A stretch of 64,000 bases of DNA from an uncultured Bdellovibrionales bacterium (GCA_964436855.1 CAYTED010000003.1:33393-97392); one strand, 5' to 3'; counted from the stretch's first letter, positions 21,724 through 30,359 are shown. The notes: a model not told the origin generated them from the sequence alone. Translations and numbers: made by a program.

Positions 21724-21847
21724 GTTTTTTGAGCGAAAAAAATGAAGATTGAGGAGGGCTATTCGGAGGATAACCCGATGAAATCTGAATCTTTTGCAGC
21801 CAAAAAACTGGAATTGCAGCAGAATACGGATTTTAAGAACAGGCTCT
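21724..21847 (+). repeat. ~125-nt non-coding repeat, copy 2 (immediately upstream of tRNA-Val)
   Basis: Homologous to 7821-7942. Confidence 0.6.
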
Positions 21848-21852
21848 AAAAA

Positions 21853-21929
21853 GGGTGTATAGCTCAGTTGGTTAGAGCGTCACATTGACATTGTGAAGGT
21901 CTCTGGTTCGAATCCAGATACACCCACCA
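21853..21929 (+). tRNA. tRNA-Val (anticodon GAC), CCA encoded
   Basis: Cloverleaf: acceptor GGGTGTA/TACACCC, anticodon loop TTGACAT, T-loop TTCGAAT. Confidence 0.9.
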
Positions 21930-21947
21930 AAAAAAGCCGCCACAATA

Positions 21948-21978
21948 AAACACCCATTCGGGGGTGTTTTTGTTTTCA
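21948..21978. terminator. Rho-independent terminator shared by tRNA-Val and the convergent secreted-protein gene
   Basis: AACACCCATTCGGGGGTGTT hairpin followed by TTTGTTTT; A/T tracts on both sides. Confidence 0.65.
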
Positions 21979-21989
21979 TATTTTTTCCT

Positions 21990-23003
21990 TCAATCTCCGT
22001 AAATCGGTTCCTTTGTCGCCGCGCGAAATTTAATCGTCGCTTCGCGTTGAATGTCCGGGAGGAATCGTGCGCCCGGCCCAAGTACTTGCGTCGCCCCATT
22101 TATGAGCGCATCGGCCTGCGCCGCGGTCGATCGCATTTCGCTCAAGATCTGGGCCTGCACCGTCCCTACGCCCTGTTGAACCAAGTTATTCATCGCCTTA
22201 TTGAGCTGCGCCGCAACAAGCGACCCGGCAAGTTCGGTCGGATTGGTCGCTCCCGCTATTATTTTGTTCGGCAAGTCTTGCGCGTTGGAATATAAGTCTT
22301 TCAGAAGAATTCCGGGTGCGGATACCTTGTTATCATCCCCGCCGACCGACGTTCCCTTGAATCCCTGATTCGCAATCGACCGCACTTCAGCAAGTTTTTT
22401 CTCCTCTTCAAGTTTCTTTTGATATACCTGCTCCATTGTCAGAGAATACCCGAGTGGATTGTTTAAAGGATTTGCCACGAGTTCACGGAATGCCCCCCAA
22501 TCACCCCGATCAATCGCATCGACTCCCCCGTAATTCTGTATGGTTACCGTTCCCGGATTGTCTCCATAAATGGTCGCTCGCGCTCGCGCCTCAAGCTGTC
22601 GCGCATAATTCCCGCCATTCCCAATACCATAATCGGTTGCGCTGATATAATTCGCCGACGATCCCATCCCTCGCGTTGTCAGTGTAAACGCATCGTTCAT
22701 ATAATCCCGTGTTCGCACTTCCGGAAGCGCGAACAATTCTTCCCGCCAATCGGTCACAAATCTCGGTCCACCACCACCTACGCCACCAATCAGTTGATTT
22801 ATCTGTTGGTTAAGTGCAGTGAACGCTGTCATTTTGAGCGCCCCAAGTTCTATTCCTTCCATTCGATGTGCGGATTGATTTGCAATAAATGTCCATATTG
22901 CAGCAGCTTGATTCGTACCCCAGCCGTCCGCACGAACCGATATCGGTAAAAGTGCCAGGATCGTCCACAAAAAAAAGATGGATTTTTTAGCAAAAGAAAT
23001 CAT
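21990..23003 (-). CDS. Hypothetical secreted protein (signal peptide, Gly/Asn/Gln-rich)
   Basis: N-terminal signal peptide MISFAKKSIFFLWTILALLPISVRA; no known domain recognised. Confidence 0.5.
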   Translation of the reverse strand: MISFAKKSIFFLWTILALLPISVRADGWGTNQAAAIWTFIANQSAHRMEGIELGALKMTAFTALNQQINQLIGGVGGGGPRFVTDWREELFALPEVRTRDYMNDAFTLTTRGMGSSANYISATDYGIGNGGNYARQLEARARATIYGDNPGTVTIQNYGGVDAIDRGDWGAFRELVANPLNNPLGYSLTMEQVYQKKLEEEKKLAEVRSIANQGFKGTSVGGDDNKVSAPGILLKDLYSNAQDLPNKIIAGATNPTELAGSLVAAQLNKAMNNLVQQGVGTVQAQILSEMRSTAAQADALINGATQVLGPGARFLPDIQREATIKFRAATKEPIYGD

Positions 23004-23011
23004 ACAAGTTT

Positions 23012-24025
23012 CTATAATTCTATTGGAACATTTGCAATTTCATATTCTGAAAGTTTTCCTTGGAAGTCTTCAACAAAAATCGAAAAGACATTCATAAATG
23101 CTTGAATTTTGGCGAGTACTGCTATACCACGAAGTGGATCGCCAGATGAATCATTAAGAAATTTTGCGTCTTCCTTGAGTTGAATGGCGTACTTTGCCAT
23201 TCGAAGTGCTTTCATATGTGTTTCTACCATAGCTTCCGGAACTTCCATTTCTCGAATTTGTTCTAACATGTGTTCTGCGTTTTTCGAAAGGTCCTCAACA
23301 TAGCCAAAATTTCCGGTAGAAAGGCTTGAAAAGGATTGATCAACAATAGATGTAGCAGTAGATTCAAGTTCCTTTATGTCTCGAAATGCCACAGGAGAAT
23401 TATTCACAAAAATATAAGCCATCGATGTCAGGTATTCCACGATATACTCCTTCTCCTTTGCCTTTCGTTCTTCCGCATCGAGTTTTTTCTCTTTCTTGGA
23501 AAGCTTTCGGATTTTTATTTCATCAATGCTTACTTCCGGCAGCACCACCTCATTATCATCCATACCATCGAGCGCTTTCGATACCGCCGCGTCCACCTGA
23601 TCGAGCGATATGTCACCCTGACCCGACTCCGTCACCAGATCCGCAACACTTTCCGAAACTTTTTTCGTGAGATTTTCTTTTGAATTATCGTTTTGCGACG
23701 AAGATTCCGCAGTCGATGTTTTTTGAATAATTCTATCCCCCGGCGCTTTCACAAGCGGATCATATCCGCCGCGCACTTCCACACCATCAGAATACCCATC
23801 TCCATCCGTATCTTTTACAAATGGATCGGTTCCATAGAGACGTTCTTCTTCATTGCTTAAACCATCACCATCACTATCTTCGAAAATATTTTTTCCGGAA
23901 AACGTATCGTCCGCCGAGACAAAAACAGTCACGGAAAAAAAGGCAAGAAGAAAAAACAAAGCTGTCGGCCGCACGCACAAGCCGAACAGCTTTTTTATAC
24001 TCTGAAAAAAAATATCACTCAACAT
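23012..24025 (-). CDS. Hypothetical secreted protein with thrombospondin type-3-like Ca-binding repeats
   Basis: Signal peptide/TM, then DSDGDGLSNEEERLYGTDPFVKDTDGDGYSDGVE (TSP3-type DxDxDG repeats) and a coiled-coil region. Confidence 0.5.
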   Translation of the reverse strand: MLSDIFFQSIKKLFGLCVRPTALFFLLAFFSVTVFVSADDTFSGKNIFEDSDGDGLSNEEERLYGTDPFVKDTDGDGYSDGVEVRGGYDPLVKAPGDRIIQKTSTAESSSQNDNSKENLTKKVSESVADLVTESGQGDISLDQVDAAVSKALDGMDDNEVVLPEVSIDEIKIRKLSKKEKKLDAEERKAKEKEYIVEYLTSMAYIFVNNSPVAFRDIKELESTATSIVDQSFSSLSTGNFGYVEDLSKNAEHMLEQIREMEVPEAMVETHMKALRMAKYAIQLKEDAKFLNDSSGDPLRGIAVLAKIQAFMNVFSIFVEDFQGKLSEYEIANVPIEL

Positions 24026-24389
24026 AATATCACTCCGGTTTTGTTTGCTTTCAGTATATCATTCTTGAAAAAAAAAGAAAAAAATCTTTTTTGAAATATC
24101 ACTTCAAGTCCACATAACTTTATAAGGCACAAGCTTCACGCGGTAGTACCAGTCTTTTATTTCCAATCTGAAACGCTCATCCGCCTTCATAATGGAAATC
24201 CATTGAATGCATTCTTGCAAAAAGGAAATCTCCAAACTCGCCCGACATACCGACGCGGGTACGTATAAAACAAGATTGAAAATAACAACTCTTAGAAATA
24301 CTCTCAATAATAAACCCTCTATAAAAAATATTAAGAAATATATTATATATTTTGTCAAGTACTTCGAGGGATAGGCTCTCTGTGAGAAT

Positions 24390-24990
24390 CAATTTGTTCC
24401 ACGTGGAACAAATTGATCTTGTAGTTTTCTTTCATAATGTTCCACGTGGAACAATCTTTTACAAAATCTTCATTGAACACAATTTATCCACATATAATTC
24501 ATTAAAAATTCGAATTTTGTTCCACGTGGAACAATTTACCTTGCCTTTATCAGATGTTCCACGTGGAACATCCACGAAAACAACGCGTTTCAGTATAAAT
24601 TTTCATATTTTAATCGTAATTTATGAATAAATTCAATAAAAGTATAACAAAAAAAAGTTCCACGTGGAACAAATTTTCAAATACTTATTTCAATAATGTT
24701 CCACGTGGAACATAAAATTGTACTTATACACTTATTATTCAGTATTATAGATAAAAAAATCATCCATGATTTCGTTTTAAGTACAGAATGTTCCACGTGG
24801 AACAATTTCATATATCTTTTTCACATACTTTTGTTCCACGTGGAACAAATTGGTGATGAAATTACATTTACACACTTGTTATACATTAAATACTAATAAT
24901 AGAGCTACTCAAAATTGTATTTTCTACAAAAATGTTCCACGTGGAACAATTTTTTGAATCTATACTGTCTCTTTGTTCCACGTGGAACAT
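24390..24990. promoter_or_regulatory. parS: Array of ten parS-like 16-bp perfect palindromes TGTTCCACGTGGAACA (centromere-like ParB-binding sites)
   Basis: GTTCCACGTGGAAC cores at 24396, 24439, 24519, 24556, 24657, 24698, 24790, 24833, 24934 and 24975. They form five pairs, 37-43 bp apart within a pair and ~123-144 bp between pairs. The sequence differs from Firmicute parS TGTTNCACGTGAAACA only by a symmetric G/C change. Confidence 0.75.
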
Positions 24991-25086
24991 TTCATTACTT
25001 TTATATTGACATAATTATAATATTATGTCTTAATTATTCGTTTGACGGAAATAGGATTCCTGAATATAGTAGAAAGGCTTTTGTTT

Positions 25087-25159
25087 GGGCCATTAGCTCA
25101 TTTGGTAGAGCACTTCCATGGCATGGAAGGGGTGACCGGTTCGAATCCGGTATGGTCCA
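25087..25159 (+). tRNA. tRNA-Ala (anticodon GGC)
   Basis: G3:U70 pair in acceptor GGGCCAT/ATGGTCC, anticodon loop ATGGCAT; CCA not encoded. Confidence 0.85.
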
Positions 25160-25186
25160 CAATATTTTTATATTTTGTCAAGTTTC

Positions 25187-25258
25187 GCCTCCATAGCTCA
25201 ATGGATAGAGCTACCCCGTCCTAAGGGGGAGATCTGGGTTCGATTCCTGGTGGGGGCA
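25187..25258 (+). tRNA. tRNA-Arg (anticodon CCT)
   Basis: Acceptor GCCTCCA/TGGGGGC, anticodon loop GTCCTAA, T-loop TTCGATT. Confidence 0.7.
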
Positions 25259-25349
25259 CAATATTTTCATCGCACCTCACAACGAAAACCTTGTCTTCTT
25301 CCAAAAAATGCGTTACACTTCGAGGCTTTGTTTATATACCAAATTCACT

Positions 25350-25691
25350 ATGCCCTCACGAAGAATCGCACGCGTCAATGAACAGGTTCGCGCCTTGTTT
25401 GCACAACTTATCGAACGAGAGCTCTCTTTGAAACAGGGGGTTATTGTTACTGTCGTGAAAGCCGATACGACGGCGGATTTACAGCATTCTAAAATTTCTC
25501 TTTCAATTTATCCGGAAGGGGAGGAGGGGTATGCGATTACCGCTGTCAAAAACCATCTTTCGGACCTGCAAAAGAAACTTCACCGGAATCTTACGATGAA
25601 AATTCGCCCCCATATCCATATTCTTTCTGATCATACCGAATCAAAAGCAAGCGAAATTGAGCTTCTTTTAAAACAAATATCCGAGGAATAA
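25350..25691 (+). CDS. rbfA: Ribosome-binding factor A
   Basis: RIARVNEQVRALFAQLIERE...VTVVKADTTADLQHSKI typical RbfA KH-like fold; start at MPSRRIARV. Confidence 0.8.
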   Translation: MPSRRIARVNEQVRALFAQLIERELSLKQGVIVTVVKADTTADLQHSKISLSIYPEGEEGYAITAVKNHLSDLQKKLHRNLTMKIRPHIHILSDHTESKASEIELLLKQISEE

Positions 25692-25707
25692 ACTTTCTTC
25701 ACGCCGT

Positions 25708-26670
25708 ATGCACCGTTTTTCTTCCGAATTCAAAAATCTTTCCTACGTCTTTGAAAAGGCCGAACGTATACTTCTCTTCGCGCACAATCGTCCCGACCCG
25801 GATTCCGTCGGATCGAATTTGGCGCTCAAATACGCGCTTGAGTTCAGTGGAAAACCGGTGGATATCGCCTGTTACGATGATTTTCCCGGATATATCTCCC
25901 CACTTTTTCCCAAAGAAACATTTCTTCATCCCGATACTATCAATCCAAGTACGTACGATGTGATTGTTGGATCCGATAGTGTCGATCGCGGATTTCATAT
26001 CTTTCGTGAAAAAATAACACATGATCCGGTCATTGCCGTGATTGATCATCATCCGAATATTTCCGTTGCCGCGGATATTTCCATTCTTGACGATGAGGCA
26101 TCTTCGGCATCCGAACTCGTGTATGATTTTTTTGTTCAATCCGGGATACCGTTTGATACGCATGCGGCAAGCGCGCTCTTGATGGGCATTCTCTTCGATA
26201 CGGGGAATTTTCAGCATACGAATACGAAACCACGGACGTTTGAAATTGGCGCCGATCTTGTCAAAAGGGGAGCAAAGCTCAAGAAAATCACCGAGACGGT
26301 CTTTACGAATCGAAAAATCGGAACGCTTCGTATCTGGGGGAAAGCGCTCCTTAAGGCGCGAATGCTCGCAGAAAACAAAATGATTGTCTCCGCGCTCACC
26401 GAGCAAGATATCAAAGAGTGTAATGCCTCGGTTGAAGAAATCAATCAGGCGGTGCCACTCCTCAACAATGTCTCCGATGCGAAATTTTCTCTCCTTTTGT
26501 TTCAGAAAGATCCCTCGACTATTCGAGGAAGTTTACGGTCGGATCAGGAAAAAAATATCGATGTTTCGAGCATTGCGAAACTTTTCGGGGGCGGGGGGCA
26601 CAAGTTTGCGAGCGGATTTGAAATTCCCGGAAGAATCGTGGAAACTGAAATGGGGTGGGAGGTAGTATAA
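25708..26670 (+). CDS. nrnA: DHH-DHHA1 phosphoesterase, NrnA-like oligoribonuclease/pAp phosphatase
   Basis: DHH motif (AVIDHHP) and C-terminal GGGGH; conserved position after rbfA. Confidence 0.8.
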   Translation: MHRFSSEFKNLSYVFEKAERILLFAHNRPDPDSVGSNLALKYALEFSGKPVDIACYDDFPGYISPLFPKETFLHPDTINPSTYDVIVGSDSVDRGFHIFREKITHDPVIAVIDHHPNISVAADISILDDEASSASELVYDFFVQSGIPFDTHAASALLMGILFDTGNFQHTNTKPRTFEIGADLVKRGAKLKKITETVFTNRKIGTLRIWGKALLKARMLAENKMIVSALTEQDIKECNASVEEINQAVPLLNNVSDAKFSLLLFQKDPSTIRGSLRSDQEKNIDVSSIAKLFGGGGHKFASGFEIPGRIVETEMGWEVV

Positions 26671-26721
26671 AAATCAAAATGAAAACATCAAAATGAAAAA
26701 TTATCCCTCTTTACGGCTCTT

Positions 26722-27309
26722 ATGACACAGAAACAAAAGCTTCTTGAAGAAATCAATACCCGATGGAAAGAGAAGTGCGCCTGCGCGCTCCGCAACACCG
26801 CGACGCAAGCAGTGCCGGGAGATGGAAACGCCGATGCCGAAATTTTGTTTATCGGAGAGGCTCCCGGACAAAAAGAAGATGAACAAGGGATTCCGTTTGT
26901 CGGTGCGGCAGGAAAATTTTTGAACGAAATGCTTCACTCCATTCACTTGAAACGAGAAGACATTTACATCACCAATGTTGTAAAGTATCGACCGCCAAAT
27001 AACCGCGATCCACTACCGGAAGAAAAAGAAGCTTGTCGGGAGTGGCTTGTGGAGCAGGTGAATTGCATTGATCCAAAACTGATCGTTCCGCTTGGTCGCC
27101 ACGCGATGGAAAACTTTCTCCCGGGAATGAAAATTTCCGACGTACACGGACAGGCGTTCCGTCGAAAATTTCCTGACATGGGCGAGCGGACTTTTTTCGT
27201 TCTCTTCCATCCTGCCGCCGCACTCTACAATGGTGGCCTCCGCGAGACGCTCATCAAAGATTTCAAGAAAATCCCAAAGGTGCTGGAGAAAATAAAAAAC
27301 GAGGCTTGA
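26722..27309 (+). CDS. Uracil-DNA glycosylase, family 4
   Basis: GEAPGQKEDEQGIPFVGAAGKFL and HPAAALYN motifs typical of family-4 UDG. Confidence 0.85.
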   Translation: MTQKQKLLEEINTRWKEKCACALRNTATQAVPGDGNADAEILFIGEAPGQKEDEQGIPFVGAAGKFLNEMLHSIHLKREDIYITNVVKYRPPNNRDPLPEEKEACREWLVEQVNCIDPKLIVPLGRHAMENFLPGMKISDVHGQAFRRKFPDMGERTFFVLFHPAAALYNGGLRETLIKDFKKIPKVLEKIKNEA

Positions 27310-27325
27310 ATCTCGTTTTTTAATC

Positions 27326-27411
27326 TGGTGGGCCAGGTGGGACTCGAACCCACATGCTTTTGAGGCACAACATTTTAAGTGTCGCGCGTATACCAATTCC
27401 GCCACTGGCCC
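27326..27411 (-). tRNA. tRNA-Leu (anticodon TAA), long variable arm, CCA encoded
   Basis: Acceptor GGGCCAG/CTGGCCC, anticodon loop CTTAAAA, long variable arm, T-loop TTCGAGT. Confidence 0.85.
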
Positions 27412-27443
27412 AAGATTTTATGTTATTCAACAAGTATTTTTTG

Positions 27444-27514
27444 AGGTCGCGTCCGGAATTGAACCGGAGTAAAGGGTTTTGCAGACCCGTGCCTCACCAC
27501 TCGGCCACGCGACC
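27444..27514 (-). tRNA. tRNA-Cys (anticodon GCA)
   Basis: Acceptor GGTCGCG/CGCGACC, anticodon loop CTGCAAA, discriminator U73 typical of tRNA-Cys. Confidence 0.8.
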
Positions 27515-27614
27515 AAATTTTCGAAGAATAACAGAATCAGCCTAGCAAATGCGCGGAGGAGAGTCAAAAGAAAAATCCCGTTCGCGAGGAACGGGATTCT
27601 TCACTCTCTTTGTT

Positions 27615-28184
27615 TTAGTCTACGACTTCGGCCTCCAAATTGCGGCGACCGAAAGCGAAGGCTTGTTGTTTGGTTTCCATATAAATATCGAAGTGATTCC
27701 CCTTAATCGCTCCACCGCGGTCTTCACAGCGGTAGACACCCATTCCTTCGATCGCGATCTTCGCACCGAACGGGTATTCCGGCGGACAGGCGAGGGTTCG
27801 ATTTTCCTCTACCTTGAGTCCCGAAGAGGTAATTCCGTTCGATTTTCCACACTCATCTGCGGCGGCCGTATAGGCAGACGCGTTGATGATAAACTTCTCC
27901 TTCGGAAGGTTTTCCCACTTTTCAGCTTGCTTTGCCTTCCATTTTTCAAGCTTGGCATCCTCTTTGTTCGCGGGATATTGGGTGGATAACTCGTTTTCGA
28001 GCGACTTATCCACATGTTCCACACGAAAGGTCCAATCGAGAAGAAACGGGTCCGAAGAAAAAGAATACAATGCGAGCTCCGTATTGAGCGTTTCAGCCGA
28101 CTCATCTGACGCAAGCGCCGTAGATGTCAGAGAAACAACTACTACCGCAAAGAGTGCTGAACGTAATAGCTTCTGAAAAGCCAT
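27615..28184 (-). CDS. Secreted 3D-domain protein (MltA/YabE-like cell-wall binding/hydrolase domain)
   Basis: Signal peptide; C-terminal TLACPPEYPFGAKIAIEGMGVYRCEDRGGAIKGNHFDIYMET matches the 3D (Asp-Asp-Asp) domain. Confidence 0.7.
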   Translation of the reverse strand: MAFQKLLRSALFAVVVVSLTSTALASDESAETLNTELALYSFSSDPFLLDWTFRVEHVDKSLENELSTQYPANKEDAKLEKWKAKQAEKWENLPKEKFIINASAYTAAADECGKSNGITSSGLKVEENRTLACPPEYPFGAKIAIEGMGVYRCEDRGGAIKGNHFDIYMETKQQAFAFGRRNLEAEVVD

Positions 28185-28273
28185 ATATTGCCTTAGAATC
28201 TTATCCTGGCCGCCCCTCCGGCCGGGTCGCCTCCTTGAACCTGCTCACAATTGAGCTCTAAGGTTGACTGGAC

Positions 28274-28302
28274 AATATAGCACATTTTATTATTCCTGTC
28301 AA
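28274..28302 (-). promoter_or_regulatory. Sigma70-type promoter (TTGACA-17-TATATT) for the 3D-domain gene, with ~90-nt GC-hairpin leader
   Basis: Minus-strand TTGACAGGAATAATAAAATGTGCTATATT; the leader contains a CCGGCCGGAGGGGCGGCCAGG hairpin before the start codon. Confidence 0.5.
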
Positions 28303-28329
28303 TGATATTATTCGAATTATGGCTTTATA

Positions 28330-28356
28330 AAAGCAAAAAACCTCTTTTCAGAGGTC
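28330..28356 (-). terminator. Rho-independent terminator downstream of the small membrane-protein gene
   Basis: CCTCTGAAAAGAGG hairpin followed by TTTTTTGCTTTT on the minus strand. Confidence 0.65.
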
Positions 28357-28396
28357 GTTTTACAGCTCACTATTCGTGATTGACAAAAGCCCTCGG

Positions 28397-28618
28397 CTAG
28401 AGCTTGCCGTTGAGGTATTTGCCGGCCACACTCAAGGCAAAAGAGGGGAGAATAATAAAAACTGTGCCAAAAATAAGCCTGATAAGCAGGATTTGGGTCG
28501 GGGTATCAGGCTGATCGGGGCCAAAAGGACTTGTCATGACCAGAATAATTCCCAAAACCCCAAAAGCAACTGAGGCATAGATAAATATTCGCGTAGCTAT
28601 CTTTTGCATGTTTTGCAT
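28397..28618 (-). CDS. Hypothetical small membrane protein (2 TM)
   Basis: Start at MQNMQKIATRIF; two hydrophobic helices; own terminator. Confidence 0.4.
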   Translation of the reverse strand: MQNMQKIATRIFIYASVAFGVLGIILVMTSPFGPDQPDTPTQILLIRLIFGTVFIILPSFALSVAGKYLNGKL

Positions 28619-28768
28619 ATACCGAGTATACCATGAGAGACATTCTTGTCCGAATAAATAGAGAGCCTCTTGCAATTCCTTTTTTCAAAAATGTACCGTT
28701 CCCTTATGTTGCAGCGAAGTACACAAATGAAAAGCCGCCACCCCCTCTCAAGAGAGCAGCGGCCACAG

Positions 28769-29041
28769 TCAGTTTTTCGTGTCCACCTCCAGCCGTAATC
28801 CTTGGATATTCCCAAATCTCATTTCTGTGAAGGGCACTTGCCCGGTTAGATTGAGCATTTGGAGAACCAATTGATGGAGCTCATTCCCTCCTGAATTTGA
28901 CCGCGTCCTCGATGCAAAATCGTCAATCACCCGCTCTATTTGGGAGAGGAGCGCTCTCGTCTCGTTAAAGTTTCTTAGATTGTGGATATAGGTTTGTGTG
29001 CCTATCCAAAGCGGACTCATTAAAATACTAATCTTCATCAT
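28769..29041 (-). CDS. Hypothetical protein
   Basis: ~90 aa ORF (MMKISILMSPLW...) between the tRNA cluster and the GIY-YIG gene; no recognisable motif. Confidence 0.3.
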   Translation of the reverse strand: MMKISILMSPLWIGTQTYIHNLRNFNETRALLSQIERVIDDFASRTRSNSGGNELHQLVLQMLNLTGQVPFTEMRFGNIQGLRLEVDTKN

Positions 29042-29197
29042 CTTGTCCACCCCAGTTCGACTGAACTTAGGGGTAATAAAAAACAAGGCTCTGGTAAGCC
29101 TCGTTTTTAGCTGCGTGCCACGTGATGAACAAAGTGAATTTTACGTGGAGCGGGTAACCCTTCTTCATAAATCTTCGGACGGGCAGGCGGGAGAATC

Positions 29198-29455
29198 TCA
29201 CTCGCTTTTAAAGTCACTTTCAAACATCTCTTTTAGTTTTCTCCTACCAGCACCACTTTTCCACCATAACTCACGTCTTTTTGCTTCTTGTACAGTTTTG
29301 AATTCTTCTGTGAATATGATTCTCAATGGTCGACGACTTTTTGTAGCCTTTACACGGCCGGACTCATGTTGCTTGAATCGTTCGGTGATATTTTGAGAAT
29401 AACCAACATAGGTCCTTTTATCTTTCAAACTTAAAAGGATATAGATGCCATACAT
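29198..29455 (-). CDS. GIY-YIG nuclease domain protein
   Basis: MYGIYILLSLKDKRTYVGYSQNITERFKQH = GIY-(10)-YVG motif with the conserved Arg and Glu; 85 aa. Confidence 0.75.
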   Translation of the reverse strand: MYGIYILLSLKDKRTYVGYSQNITERFKQHESGRVKATKSRRPLRIIFTEEFKTVQEAKRRELWWKSGAGRRKLKEMFESDFKSE

Positions 29456-29544
29456 ATTCTATTTGAGAGCGGGCCGCCTTTCATCCAGCCCGAAGGGCGG
29501 ATGGGCGAGCCTCGCTCAAAAATTTTGCTCAAGAAAAATTTTTG

Positions 29545-29616
29545 AGCGGGTAACGGGAGTCGAACCCGTATCTAGTCCTTGGCAAGGACTCATAATAGCC
29601 GCTATACGATACCCGC
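29545..29616 (-). tRNA. tRNA-Gly (anticodon GCC)
   Basis: Acceptor GCGGGTA/TACCCGC, anticodon stem AGTCC/GGACT with loop TTGCCAA, T-loop TTCGACT, U73. Confidence 0.8.
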
Positions 29617-29735
29617 TTTCGCAAAGCCTTCGGCGGGCAAACCCGCTTTTGCTTTACAGTTTTGTACAAAACTCCCCCCTCAATCAATTCATTCTGTGGG
29701 ACCGGTTGGAATCGAACCAACGACCAATCGGTTAT

Positions 29736-30359
29736 GCTTCTCACTATTGCTTTCGCAACTTTTTTCAAATTTGTGAGCTGGACTATCCCTTCACCCAAAC
29801 AGGGTGTCTGCCGTCTAGTCTCTACACCTTCCCCAGCAAAACGCAGGGGCTTGGCTCGGGATTGTCATGCGACTTGCAAAAAGTTTGTCGTTTAGATTTC
29901 CCCGAATTTGGCAGAGTATCACTTGGAAATTACTTCCCAAGCAGCCCTTCGTATTCATTACATCTTGTGTTATTGTTTCGCTATGAAAAAAATCACAACT
30001 TGTACCGTGTGTGGCAAGACATTATCCGGAAGGCAACTTCGGTTTTGTTCGATGCAATGCAAGAACCAAGTTCACCAATCATACCAAGCGCAACAGGCTC
30101 GGGGACTCAAAAGAAAAATGCTTCTCTTAAAGCGATTTGGTGGAAAATGCTCCATCTGCAATTACGACAAAAACCTCGCCGCACTTACATTTCATCATAT
30201 CGACCCGAAGCAAAAGAGTTTCCAACTTGATATGCGATCTCTTTCGAATCGAAAACAATCCCAAATCGATACCGAGATACGAAAATGCATACTCGTTTGC
30301 AATAACTGTCATGCCGAACTCCACAACCCACAACACAATTTGAAATGAACTTTTTGAGC
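29736..30359 (-). mobile_element. Group I intron (Azoarcus-like IC3 core) in the tRNA(CAU) anticodon loop
   Basis: The intron RNA contains GGGGAAATCTAAACG, CCCGAGCCAAGC, and GAAGGTGTAGAGACTAGACGGCA followed by GGGATAGTCC (P7 GACTA/TAGTC). The 5' splice site follows U33 and the intron ends in G. Of the ~624 nt, ~366 nt are the antisense HNH ORF. Confidence 0.8.
29983..30348 (+). CDS. HNH homing-type endonuclease (encoded antisense within the group I intron)
   Basis: CxxC...CSICNYDKNLAALTFHHIDPKQKSF...LVCNNCHAELHN = zinc-finger plus HNH motif; ORF 29908-30348, probable start at M26 (29983). Confidence 0.75.
   Translation: MKKITTCTVCGKTLSGRQLRFCSMQCKNQVHQSYQAQQARGLKRKMLLLKRFGGKCSICNYDKNLAALTFHHIDPKQKSFQLDMRSLSNRKQSQIDTEIRKCILVCNNCHAELHNPQHNLK

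Noticed and set aside
24352-24896. ORFs of 66-92 aa inside the palindrome array (translations repeating LFHVEQ) and the 84/71-aa minus-strand ORFs at 24104-24392
   Set aside because: They are produced by translating the repeated GTTCCACGTGGAAC palindrome and AT-rich filler. They show low-complexity composition and no RBS, so I judged them non-coding.
24390-24990. CRISPR array or LexA/Cheo-box interpretation of the palindromes
   Set aside because: The repeats are perfect palindromes with irregular non-conserved spacers of 23-87 bp and no leader or cas genes, so they are not CRISPR. The motif is GTTC-N6-GAAC rather than GAAC-N4-GTTC (Cheo box), and it matches parS far better.
28185-28330. c-di-AMP (ydaO-type) riboswitch in the leader of the 3D-domain cell-wall hydrolase gene
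   Set aside because: The leader between the mapped promoter and the start codon is only ~90 nt, with one GC hairpin. That is too short for the ~120-150-nt ydaO fold, and I found no conserved riboswitch blocks.
29696-29735. Isolated tRNA 3' half (T-arm plus acceptor) as an integrase attachment-site remnant
   Set aside because: The matching 5' half lies 624 nt away in the same orientation and the two join into a perfect cloverleaf. An intron explains it better than an att duplication.
29445-30230. 261-aa + strand ORF and 89-aa minus-strand ORF spanning the tRNA-Gly and split tRNA region
   Set aside because: They run straight through two tRNA genes and the intron core. They are artefacts of the absence of stops in structured RNA.
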